NCBI RefSeq assembly: GCF_048593235.1
Contig: NC_133618.1
Span: 122,427,105 to 122,491,104 of the forward strand
From: Sminthopsis crassicaudata
Lineage: Eukaryota
Length of the DNA: 64,000 bases
Reading direction: 5' to 3'
Part shown: piece after piece, positions 11,946 to 23,273 of the stretch
Numbering within the stretch: the first letter of the stretch is position 1
Layout: every line of letters begins with the position of its first letter
Translations under genes and position numbers: made by a program
The notes under the pieces: generated by a model
Told to the model about the DNA's origin: nothing
The model's input: the letters and a program-made list of their open reading frames with translations, nothing else
The model's database searches: none

Positions 11946-14702
11946 TGAGGAAACTCTTAAAAGTCTCTTGCTTATTTAATACTTTAATATCACAATGAAG
12001 ACACAATCTCATTTATATAGGTAATTCTTTCATCTACACTTATCTCAACTCAATTATGCTTATTTATCTTGTTCAATTTTTTTTCTGTGTTCTTCCATAA
12101 GTCCTCCAAAGAAAATCTATTAAAAATGTGGGAGCCTTCCTGCAAGTCTATTTTTTACATTTCAAGTGTGCCATCTGAATAGAGGTGATAATTAAGCTTA
12201 AGGGATTAGATAAGGTAATGAAGTGAAAAAATATAAAAAAAGATGCTGGAGCTAAGAAAAGAGCCTTGGGCATCACTAGGGGAATGAGAATGACAATGAA
12301 CCAGGGAAAGAGATCTAAAGAATGGTCAGACAGGAAATAGAAAACAGAAAAAGAGAAGTATCACAGAAAATAATGGAATACAGTGTATTTGGGAAGAAGT
12401 CATTATAAACTTTGAATACTGCAGAAAGGTCAAGAAGAAGGTGGATAAGAAAGGGTCATTTAATTTAAATCCAGTGACTTGTGAGTCATATTGTGAGTCA
12501 TATCCTTATGGCTGGACTTGACCTTCTCACCATGCTTTTATTATGAACTTTAGAGGCTTGATCTCAAAATTGCATTGTCCTCTGAAAATGGTGAGATACC
12601 AAATAAGAAACTGGGGTTACATGGCTGGAGATTGCCAGCCCCAAGACAAGTGTCTATATCTTGGAGATTTCCTAAAAGCAGGCAATCAGAGAACAGTCTG
12701 ACAGAGCAATTCCAACAGAATAACGGATTTCTAAGCTAAAGCATCAAATAATCATCCCACATATAAAGTTCCCATACATCCATAACAGCAATAATTGCAC
12801 AATTTAACAATTTCCATCCCAAATCTTAAACACACACCTTATCTCTCTATTCCACACAAATCAAAGCAGGGAAGTCTGACAGGAATAAAAAACCTTACCT
12901 TTGTGATTCCACTCCCATGTGCTGGTTTCGTTTCCATCACTCTGTGACCTCGGGAAAGTTGTAGTCATCTCATTTCTAAATTTTTGGAGAAATTTTAATT
13001 ATGTTTCCAGGAGAAATAAGGTAGAATCGAATCCATTAATTCAATATCCTAACTGGAAGTGAATCATTTCAGAGGTGAACTGAAAAGAAAACAACACTTT
13101 ATTTTAAACTACTTAGGATGTCCCTCACTAAGAAGTGACTTTCTGTTGGAATACACGGCAGCCACCTGACAGTGGCTGCTGAAGATCCAACCCAGAATGG
13201 ATCTCCTCTTGTGAAGGAACGAAACAAGGAGAATGAGACAGTTGCTGGTTTCTGACATCTCTGACTGAGAGGCCATTGCATTGTCTCACCTCCCTCTTCT
13301 TCCCTCTGCCTCCAATTTATCTCATTCCCAGTCCCCAATGTGTCAGCAAAGGTTGCCCTGGAACTCCTTCAGAGGCACAGCTGGGGAGGCTCTCAGGGAG
13401 CTGACCTGTCCTTTAATAATTCCCCATTTTTTTGTTTTTTGCTGTTATTTTCCCCTCCCTCCCCCCCACCCAGCATGGTCCGAACACTGAGAAAGGCAAG
13501 GCCCACCCACTATATGTGCTTGTTCACTCAAAGACTACAGGGACTCACACTTGAGTATCCATTAGTAATAAACTGCCTTGACTTGTAATTCATTGAAGGC
13601 TTGTTTTCCTTTTCAGTACATTATTCACAATCCAGTCTTCTTAAAGTTATGATGATCCATGGGTATTCATGAAGAAATTTACAAACACATTTTAACAGGA
13701 TTAAAACACCCATAATTAAATAGACAAAAATCAGGGCCAGAACAAAGGCTGCCCATTCTTCTTGTCTTTTTTCTTTCATGTTTCTACTACAAGCATATAC
13801 ATCTAGAATTCATCATTTAGGAGTCGAAACTCATGATCTTGAAGACAGAAACTGAAGGTGTTTCAGACACTGCCTGATAGTTAACCTGTTGCCACCTGTC
13901 TCTTTTTTTCTTTATTTTCTCTGGAGAGTTCCTCAAAAATCAACTGCCTTATAAAAAAACAGGCAAGGCTTCAGTTTCCCTATCTGAGTACCTATCTAAC
14001 AACCACAAAAGAATAAGAACAGTAATAACAATTGGATTTTATGTAACATTAAGTATATGGCAAGCACTATTCTAAGTACTTTGCAAATATTTTCTCATTT
14101 GATTTGGTGTTAGTTTCTTTTATTTCCAAATTGGGAAGATGTTTGTAACTTTTGAGGGTCATATGGCCAAAGCCCTGTCTGAGGTTTTTATATAAACTTC
14201 ATCGAGGCAATTTCTGGCCTCAGATAACTACATTCTCATAAAGAATACAAAACATAAAAGAGGCCCTAGAAGAAGAAGTGGAGAGGGTGACCAATGTGAG
14301 CCAAACAATTATGGAGAAAGTGAAAGAATCTAGAGAGTTAGGTTTGTTGATGAAGAAACTTGACTTCTACAGAAATGGTCACACAGGTCACAAATAACAG
14401 AAGGATTTGAACCTAGGTATTCTCATTGTAAACAACACTTTATACCTTCTCACCATGCTTTTATTATGAGCTATCTCAGACAACCTTCTTTTAATAATTT
14501 TATAAAAAAGAAAAATGATATTCATATTTGTTGCCTCAGACAGGATCGTGAAACTACTAAGTTTCAGAGTTGGAATTAGTACATAGTGCTTCCGATTTCA
14601 AGAATCTTTGCATTAAAGATTTCTTCATAAAAATTTTGTTATTGTTGGATTGGATCTATTCTTCCCTTCTGCAACTACCATCCATCCCCTTAATTTGTTG
14701 TA

Positions 14703-14846
14703 NNNNNNNNNNNNNNNNNNNNNNNNNNNNNNNNNNNNNNNNNNNNNNNNNNNNNNNNNNNNNNNNNNNNNNNNNNNNNNNNNNNNNNNNNNNNNNNNNN
14801 NNNNNNNNNNNNNNNNNNNNNNNNNNNNNNNNNNNNNNNNNNNNNN
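14703..14846. other. Assembly gap (144 N)
   Basis: N run followed by (AG)-rich sequence. Confidence 0.99.
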
Positions 14847-15148
14847 AAAAAGAGAGAGAAATAGAAAGAAAGAAGAGAGCTTGGAAAAGGAAGCTTTGAA
14901 AATTTATAAATTTGATAAGTTGTGTGGACAGATGAGAATATAAAATATTTTAACAATGTTGTCTTTATGCAGGAAATCATAATCAGTGACTAAACTAAAG
15001 AAATGAATATGAGAAAAGATTCTTTTTAGTTAAAACCCAGAACAAAGCTTGAAAATCCAGGCCAGATAAAAAAAACAAACAAACAAACAAACAAAAAAAA
15101 CCACTCAAGGTGTCCTCAGCTGTTCTTCCTTATCTCCATCCTCCAAAG

Positions 15149-15240
15149 TGCCTCTTGTGTAGCAAAAATTGATATTTCCAAGGGTTTTCGAGTGACTCTT
15201 TCAACCACATTGGATAAAGCCAGTTCAACTTCTCTCAAAG
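15149..15240 (-). mobile_element. Beta-like ERV pol fragment, RT connection region (LREVELALSNVVERVTRKPLEISIFATQEA)
   Basis: Manual translation; resembles the HERV-K/betaretroviral segment ..VEEKI...RID...PLQLLIFAT that follows the RT thumb. Confidence 0.65.
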
Positions 15241-15247
15241 TAATAGG

Positions 15248-15991
15248 CGTTGTGTTCTAGAGTGGGAAATGTAGCCCATGACTTCCCCCTCCATATGCTG
15301 CACCTTGACCTAACGTTTTTATGGTTTCATACTTTTGCTCACTCTGGGACCCTGTCGGGGTGAACTGATGGTGGCGGTACATAGACTGGGCAAGCGAGAA
15401 GGGGTGAGGTGTATCGGGGTTTATTGATTATGGAACAGGCTCCTCTAGGAGGGTCTAGGGCACCGCCAAATCCTTTGAGTTTTAAGCAGTGGTTAGTAGT
15501 TCTCTGGAGAGCAATCTTGTTATTTAATTACCTCAGTTTAAGGCTAAGCATAGTGGGCTCTAATTCCGGTTTGTACCTTAGCTTTAGTGTCTTCGGTAAA
15601 GTCCCGTTAGTTAGGCATTTTAATATCAACCAGGGTATATTACGGGACAATTGATTTTAACCTTATTGTGTGATTATTTTGCTTAAAAACACTTTATGCT
15701 GTTCTTCTGTTAATCTGGGCTAATAGGATGACCGTGGTTTCTGGCACAAGATTTACCGACCTTTTTATTATGATTTAGTCAAACTTTTGTTTATTGCTCA
15801 GTGTTAGTCACTGCTGTATCCCATGGGGGTGAAGGGGATTATACCAGGTGTCACGGACTACTTTAAGGAGTGTGCCTGATACCCGCTCCTTTAAATTTGG
15901 GTCAAGTTTTAAGTGCATTCTCACCGAGTTGTGGAAACTTGCATGTGTAGTTCTAATAAAAATTAACAGCAAGGCTAGGACCAAATCTTTG
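15248..15991 (-). rRNA. MT-RNR1: Nuclear copy (NUMT) of the 5' ~745 nt of mitochondrial 12S rRNA; 3' end missing
   Basis: Reverse complement starts caaagatttggtcctagcc...cacatgcaagtttcc and contains the conserved 12S motif acgttaggtcaaggtg...gggctacatt. Confidence 0.95.
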
Positions 15992-16060
15992 TGCCTGTGG
16001 GACTGATTAAAGCCCATTTAAGCATTTTCAGTGCTTTGTTTTGGGTTAAGCTACACAAAC
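15992..16060 (-). tRNA. MT-TF: NUMT copy of mitochondrial tRNA-Phe (anticodon GAA), 69 nt
   Basis: GTTTGTGTAGCTTAA...GCACTGAAAATGCT...CCCACAGGCA; acceptor stem pairs; lies immediately 5' of 12S as in mtDNA. Confidence 0.93.
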
Positions 16061-16115
16061 TAATAAATTTTTTACAAAATTTGAGTTTGTATACTATGTC
16101 AGTATTAAATTTTTT
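16061..16115 (-). other. Probable 3' end of the mitochondrial control region (NUMT); right boundary uncertain
   Basis: AT-rich sequence directly upstream of tRNA-Phe; assigned from mitochondrial gene order. Confidence 0.6.
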
Positions 16116-16763
16116 GCATTTTTTCCTCAATATACATTTTCCTATTATGTCTTTTCTGCTGGATCCTACACATACTGATTAATATCTCTATATTTGTGTA
16201 TATACAAAAAAAATATAAAAAAGCAGTAACACTACAAGGGTATGGAATCTAGGATTCTGTTCAGAATCTGCTTCAGTGGCATACAGAGTCTCTCTATTAA
16301 TAATGTTGTTCTTTATTCCTGATTTCCTGTGTGTAGGATTTATGTCCATATTCACTGGCTACCTGGTGCTTCTCCTGCAAAAACACCATCAACAAGTCCA
16401 GGATATTCACAGCTCCAGCAAATTATCCAGAAAGTCCCCTGAGACTAGAGCCACTTACCCCATCTTGGTGTTGGTGAGCACTATGTCACTTTTTACTTGG
16501 TCAAGTCCTTTTTCTCATTTTCTCTCTTGAATTTTGATAAACATTATCAGTGGTTAATGCCCACCATAGTTTTCTTGCATGCATATTACCCAGCCATCAG
16601 TCCATTTGTACTTATTAGCTCTGATTTCCAAATTCTCCATTTCTATTACTCATTCTGGCAAAAAGAAAAGATCCAAAGACTCTCTTTCCTACATGTTCCA
16701 CTGCCCACCATTCTATTTCCAGCTTTACAAAAGATTACAAAATCAGCTACTAAAAGTAGCTGA
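16115..16763 (+). pseudogene. Vomeronasal type-1 receptor (V1R) pseudogene, 3' half only (TM4-TM7), two frameshifts
   Basis: Joined frames give LFCWIL...NLGFCS...PDFLCVGFM...KHHQQVQDIHSS...SPETRATYPILVLVS...WL...YPAISPFVLISSD, all V1R hallmark motifs. Frameshifts in the A-run at ~16205-16221 and at ~16490-16520. Confidence 0.88.
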
Positions 16764-18009
16764 TTAGAACAGGTAACAAATATTAGAATCCTGAAGCTTA
16801 TTAACTAGTAGTTGTTTTAATGATGACAATTATGGTCATTTTGAGCATTTGAAAGTTTGAAAAAGACTTTACATATACTTTACATTGAGTCTATCTGCAT
16901 TGCCTTTTATTCTGAACCTCTTTGTTTCCCTTCCTTTTGGACATTTTAAACTCTCACTCCTGAAATCTTTGTTTTTTCATAAAACTTCCAATTTTTTTCA
17001 TTTTATTTTTTAGTATATTTTTTCAATTATGTGAAATGATGCATTTTTACTTTCATTTTTATAAGATTTTAGCATATATATAGCTTATATCAAATTGCCC
17101 ATCATTTAAACAAGAGGTGAGGAGAAGGAAGGAGAAAGGAAGACAAATTTGGAACTCAAAATTTTGTAAAAATAAATGCTAAAAATTGTTTTGACATAAT
17201 TGGAATTGGAAAAAAATAAAATCTTATTTAAAAAAATAAATGCAACTCAATAAGTGTTCAGTAAGTATCTCTAATATACTTGGAACTTCCCTAGATGTTG
17301 CAGATACAAAGGAAAAAAAAAACAGGACCTCTCTTTGAAGTACTTATATTCTACCAGTAGGAAATAATATGTTTGTAGACAAGTACAAGTCATAGTTAGT
17401 AGATTCAAGGGGGATAATATAGTATCTCCCCGTAGATGTTTGAAAGGTCACAAAGAAAAGGAATGAGACTCATTTGACTTGGCAAAAAAGGCAGAACAAA
17501 ATGCCAGAAGTTGAAGGTACATAGTACCTAAATTGGGATTGGGGTTAAGTACCTTTGTAACAAAAATCAAAAGAATGCCTTGGGATAGATCAGAGTTTTA
17601 GAATATCTAGAGACCTAGAAGAGTGCTTAAAGACCTTTCGGTTCTATGTAATTTTTAAAGATGATGAAATAGATCCAGGGATTTTAGTGAATTTGACTAA
17701 AACAAAGGGAGAATTCAACAAATATTGGATTTGAACCCAGTTCTTCTGATATCAAGATCAATGTTCATCCCACTTTACTATACTGTCTTACATTAAAATG
17801 TAAGTTTCAAGTAGGTTTCTAAGCTGAATGATTCAGATAACATTGTATAAGAACATTAGTCATCCCCCAATTAAAAAATGGCTGAATATATGAACAGGCA
17901 GTTTTTTTATGAAAAAAGTAGAAATTACATGTGGTCATGTTAAAAATGTTATAAATCATAACTGATTAGAAAATTTCAAATAAAAAGAAAACTTTAATGT
18001 AGTCCTCAG

Positions 18010-18345
18010 AAGTACCAGATTAGCTAAAATGATAGAAGGTGGATAGGAAAATATTGAAGGAGATGTGAAAAAATTAGAATCCTAATGTACCTTTTGTGGA
18101 TGTCTGAAGTGATCCAACTATTTTGGGAGCAATCTGAAATTATGCACAAAGGGTTATAAAAGTGTGTATAACCTTTTATCCAGAGATTATTATTATTATG
18201 TTTGTTTTCTAATGTGGTCAAGGGAAAAAGAAAAGGAACCCTTATGCTCCAAAATATTTTTAGCAACTCTTTGTTGTGGCTAAGAACTGGAAAGTAAGTG
18301 GATGCCTATTAATTTGGGAATATCTCAACAAGTTGTGGTATATGA
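18010..18345 (-). mobile_element. Degenerate LINE-1 ORF2 3' fragment
   Basis: Contains L1 motifs ttgtggctaagaactggaaa...gatgccta...ttgtggtatatg; bounds and strand approximate. Confidence 0.45.
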
Positions 18346-18565
18346 TTCTGATGTAAGTGTAGTGGTTGTGTGACCATGGGAAAACCAGGAGAGAGTGAAA
18401 ACTACAGGGTTTTTCCTATTTACTCAGATCAAGAACTCTAAGTAATATCTCTAAGCAACACATTGGGTTATGAATAGCATATTAGGCCTGTTGGTAGCTG
18501 TAGAATCCATTAAGGCTTCATTAGTAGGGCCCTTATTATTAGGTGGTCATGTTGTTGACTAAATC

Positions 18566-19082
18566 CTAGCCTAGCACGGGACGCATCCATTGGATATCTC
18601 CTATCAATTTCTGGAAGTCATTTAAGGTGTTTAGCTTCTCTGTTCTTAAGGAGAGATTTTGTACTGTAAGCACCTTAGGATATACTTCATATCCTAAATA
18701 TTGAAAAGGAGCATGTCTTTGAATCTTTTCTGAAGCTATGTGCAATTTATAATTCCTTAATGTTTCTATGGTTTTTTGTAGACATGCTTCTAACATTTGT
18801 TCCTCAGGTGCACATCCCAGTATATCATCCATGTAATGTAATAGCATTACTTTTGGAAATACTTTTCTTACTAGAGTAAGAGCAGCAGCAACATACATTT
18901 GACACATAGTAGGGCTGTTTTTCATTCCCTGTGGCAAAACTGTCCATTCATATCTTTTATAAGGCTCAGCTAAGTTAACGCTGGACACTGAAAAGGCAAA
19001 TCTTTTCATATCCTCCTTATCTAGAGGGATAGAATAGAAACAATCCTTAATGTCTATAACCCACAGAGGCCATTCTCTAGGC
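18566..19082 (-). mobile_element. Beta-like (class II) ERV reverse transcriptase fragment
   Basis: Continuous reading PREWPLWVIDIKDCFYSIPL...VLPQGMKNSPT...YMDD...YLG...LNDFQKLIGDIQWMRPVLG; motif A lies upstream of the listed ORF start at 19009. Confidence 0.95.
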
Positions 19083-22000
19083 CAGGTGTCCTCAAACTAC
19101 GGCCCACGGGCCAGATGTGACCCACTGAGGACATTTATGCGGCCCACCAGGTTATGGAAAAATCAGATCGGAAGTGACATTCAACCTAAACTAGCGTTAG
19201 CAACGCACACTTCTGGCACTGGGCTGAGGCGGCGGAGTGTGAGGCGATACTGAAGTGAGGTGAGTTCCCAGGCTGGGGTGTATGATATGGGGAAGGGAGA
19301 GAGATGCAGAAGACAGAGAACTGACGGCCCACGGCCTTGTAAAGTAATGGAAGCCACCACAACAGACAGGCGCGAGGATGTAAAGTGCATGCTGCACATG
19401 TCACAGCTGCTGCAGGGGGAATATTTGGGCTGTGTCTGGTGCGAGCGTATAGTAACAGTTAGTACTACAAGTCCCAGCTTGACGCTATCATTGTCATTAT
19501 GCTGTAATGACAATGTAACGGCTTTCTCTCTAGAGCATGTTGCGGTACTGACTGCTGTTGTCGCCCAGAGTGAGGCTCCTGGTCCCAGGCCGTGGCCCTG
19601 TATCCACAGTGACCTCATGTCTGGCTGTTGTGGTCATCAGTTTTATCATTGTGTGTGTGTTCTGTAGTTTCATAAAGAGATGGAATATTGCTAACATATG
19701 TCATCACCTTATAATCATTGGGGGTCTGATCTTAGTGCCCTTCCACTTATCCTGAGTATGAGGAGGTGCAGAGCTGGTGTACTGCTTCATCCCCCTCCAG
19801 ATTCTAAAGACCCCATATACTTGTGCAGCTTCAGGTCACATGATGACCTCCCCTGGAAGCCCTAATGTATGATTTGTCACTGAAGCTCATTCTGCACATA
19901 CAATATGTCGCACAGTTATATACATATACGCACAGTCTTGCCTGTGATTATGATAAATTATGAGTGCAGCATGGACGATCATGCAGCGCTGGATCATGAG
20001 AATTGATCCCAGGATTCAGAGGAAGCCAGGGCATTTGGGAGGGCCGCCTGAGCAGTGACTTGTGTGCAGTGAAGGTCTGAAGTGGGAGAGAGAGTGAGGG
20101 AAACAGAGGCACCACAGCACAGAGGCAGCTTGGAGGAAGTTGGGCATTGCAGTCTGTATGTCTCTGTGTGGGCAAAGTTATTGCTGGTATATTGTTTTTG
20201 TAGCGCTGCATATAAATATTGGTATTTTACTAATAGTAATTTAGAATCCCTTAGAAATAATGATGTCAAGAAAAAGAAAATTTGACTTGGAGTGTAGGAT
20301 ATTCAAAGAACAATGGATTTATGATTACTTTTTCATGCAGTACAAAGAAAGAGCTGTATGTCTGATATGCCAGAATACAGTGTCTATGTTCAAAGAATAT
20401 AATTTGCGCCAATACTATGAAACTCCACATAAAGATAAATATGATTGTTTGGCTGGAGAAGTGAGAAAAGATAAAATATTAAAACTGAAAAATACATTGA
20501 CAACTCAGCAAAATATTTTTGAAAAGCAGCTAAATATTTCATCACTGCGAGCAAGTTTTCAAGTTGCCAAGCTAATAGCATGCACTGGCAGACCATTCAT
20601 GGAGGGAGAATTTGTTAAAGAATGCCTTCTTTCTGTTGCCAAAGAGATGTGTCCAGAGCAGGCCAATTTATTTAGTACAGTGAGTCTTTCAGGACCTACA
20701 ATTACACGGAGGATTGAAGAAATGGGAGACAATCTGCATCAGCATTTGCAAAAGTCCACAAAAAATTTTCATATTTTTCCTTGGCACTTGACAAAAGCAA
20801 TGATGCTCGTGATTCTGCACAACTTCTAATTTTTATCCGTGGGATGAATGATTATTTTGAAGTCATAGAAGAGCTTGCTGCACTGCAAAGCATCAAAGAA
20901 ACAACTACAGGAGAGGATATCTATGAAAAGATTTGCCAAACTATGAATGGTTTGGAGCTGGCCTGGGCTAAACTAGCCAGTGTGACAACTGATGGTGCCC
21001 CTAGCATGGTGGGGTCTAAGAAAGGAGTAATTGCTCACATTAACCAAGAGATGGACAAACATAACCATTCTCATCCAATAGCCATACACTGCCTCATCCA
21101 CCAACAAGCGCTGTGTAGTAAATCACTGAAGTGGGGCTCTGCTATGAAAATTGTGGTATCTTGTGTTAACTTCATTAGAGTTAGTGCAATAAATCACAGA
21201 AAATTTCAGGAATTTCTGTCTGAGCTAAATGTTGAGTATGAAGATGTTCTGTATCACACAGAAGTCTGTTGGCTGAGTCGAGGGAGAGTTTTGAAATGTT
21301 TCTATGACTTCCACAGATTACAACTTTTCTGCTTTCAAAAAACAAAGAAGTCCCAAAGCTCAATGATGCAGAATGGAAATGGCACCTTGCCTTTCTGACA
21401 GATGTAACAGAGCTACTCAACAATTCCAATATGTAACTTCAAGGAAAGGGGAAGCTCATCTGTGATATGCAATCACATGTCAAAGCATTTGAAGTAAAAT
21501 TAGGCCTCCTCATCAAACAAGTGAAGGAGGAAAACTTCTGCCATCTCCCCACAAATCTGTTAGCAGAAAAACCACTGATTGCATTTCCAAACAAAACGTG
21601 TGTGGATTCATTGGAAAAACTACAAAAGGAGTTCCAATTTAGATTTAAAGAGCTTCGTCTCCATGAACAGGACATACAGCTTTTCCGTAACCCATTTTCT
21701 ATTGACATTGAAAATGTGGATACAATTTTCCAAATGGAACGGGCTGAACTGCAGAATTGTGACTCTCTGAAAGACGCATTCAAGTCAAGCAGCCTTCATA
21801 ATTTCTATGCATCTCCCTCCTCTGAGACATATCCTCATCTCAGGAACCATACACTCAAAATGGCAACCATCTTTGGCAGCACTTATGTCTGAGAACAGAC
21901 TTTTTCTAGAATGAAACATTTGAAACCTCCAACCAGATTAAGACTAACGGATGCACACTTGCATCACTTGTTACGACTAGCTGTGACAAATATGGAACCA

Positions 22001-22232
22001 GACACTGACCATCTCATTAGCCAAAAGCAGGCCCATAGTTCCCATTGAAATACTGGTAAGTTTGTTGATTTAACTTTATACTTCATTTTAAATATTGTAT
22101 TTGTTCCCATTTTGTTTCTTCACTTCAAAACAAGATTTATGCAGCATGCATAGGAATTTGTTAATAGTTTTTGTTTTCACTATAGTCCGGCCCTCCAACA
22201 GTCTGAGGGACAGTGAATTGGCCCCCTATTAA
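19083..22232 (+). mobile_element. Near-full-length hAT (Charlie/Buster group) DNA transposon, OC1/OposCharlie1-like; right TIR lost
   Basis: 5' TIR caggtgtcctcaaact preceded by ctctaggc (Charlie-like TCTAGA target); internal transposase; 3' subterminal tagtccggccctccaacagtctgagggacagtgaattggccccct ends before the TIR. hAT class is secure; the OC1 name is from memory. Confidence 0.85.
20260..22048 (+). pseudogene. Disrupted hAT transposase (~595 codons; frameshifts near 20770, 21310, 21430; in-frame TGA at ~21890)
   Basis: BED-type CLIC finger, LALDKS, VTTDGAPSM, HCLIHQ, WLSRG, FGSTYV*EQTFSRMK; ends SQKQAHSSH*. Confidence 0.92.
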
Positions 22233-22586
22233 GCAGATGATGAGGAAGTAGAAAAATCCAGCTGAGATGACTATTTCTGGGAGACTAACAGTGAAAAAAT
22301 GAAATGTAGAATGATAGATTAGACCTAAGGGGGAGATAATTAATAAAGACATAAGGGTCTTGAGTCATCAAGTAGATGAGTTGAAGGATATTGTCTCAAT
22401 ATTCTCTGTAAAGTGGGTAAGGTGATCTGCTGAGAGTGGAGGTGAGAGTGGAGGGGGAATGGTGGGACCACACACATGGCCAAGATAATTCACATCTCTG
22501 ATATATCACAGAACCCAGATATCTTTTCTATTCTTGTGGTGTTTTCATACTGTTTCTCTAGAATGCAGCATCTTTCCTGGGCAGAT

Positions 22587-23273
22587 TGATGACTGGATCT
22601 CTGGAGTTGCAGATTTATAACAACCACTGTGAGGAAAGTGATAAAAAGAGATTGAAGAGGAAACCCCAAAACTCTGAAAAATCCTTAAAGGAGAAAACCT
22701 CTTTCAACTCTACCTCAGTGAGGGGACTCCACCCCAAGCACAAACAGTTTCATCTTTGTTATCTGGGTGGGGATGGCTCAGTCCCAAAACCCATTGAATT
22801 CAATTCAAATTCTAACCCTGGCTGAAACCCAGCCAGGAGCCAACCTGGGATTCCATCCACAAGCCCCCTTCAGCTTGTAGCCAAAGCCCCCTATTATAAA
22901 AGAGCCAGACTGGAGCTCTCTCCTTGCAGAGATCCCAAACATGGCAGCCTCATGCCTGGCATGCCAGGGATCTCTGCCCACTGGAACACTGATTCCAGTG
23001 CCCTCTTATCTCTACCTTCAACTTTACTAACTAGACTTTAACTTTACTTCCAAACCCCATAATAAACCTCTTTTATCAATCTAGGTTTTCGGGTCTGTAA
23101 ATTCCTTTACTGAGGACCCTTGCGCCGCTACTAGACCTCATTTAACTCCGTATCCTTGCGCCAAATCCAAAGGGGTTGCAGGGAGCTCTATTTAATTCCT
23201 ATATCCCGAACCTGCCACTAGACCTCAATTAAACCCTAATTTCATTTAGGTTCCCCAAATCTAAATCTCATCA
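22587..23273 (+). mobile_element. Solo ERV1-type LTR (687 bp)
   Basis: Perfect terminal inverted repeat tgatga...tcatca; 4-bp TSD agat at 22583-22586 and 23274-23277; TATA (tattataaaa ~22893) upstream of AATAAA (~23061). Confidence 0.88.

Noticed and set aside
12899-12975. Exon-like segment on the minus strand with a strong donor AAAG|gtaagg
   Set aside because: Poor polypyrimidine tract, partly MIR-like, and no recognisable peptide; chance is likely without RNA data.
13157-13178. 8-bp hairpin gcagccac/gtggctgc
   Set aside because: Too short; expected by chance in 64 kb.
15248-16060. Functional rRNA/tRNA genes
   Set aside because: Mitochondrial-type, truncated and embedded in nuclear repeats, so non-functional NUMT copies.
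19050-20285. Several overlapping Cys-rich ORFs
   Set aside because: They lie in the GC-richer 5' non-coding part of the hAT element; no recognisable protein motifs.
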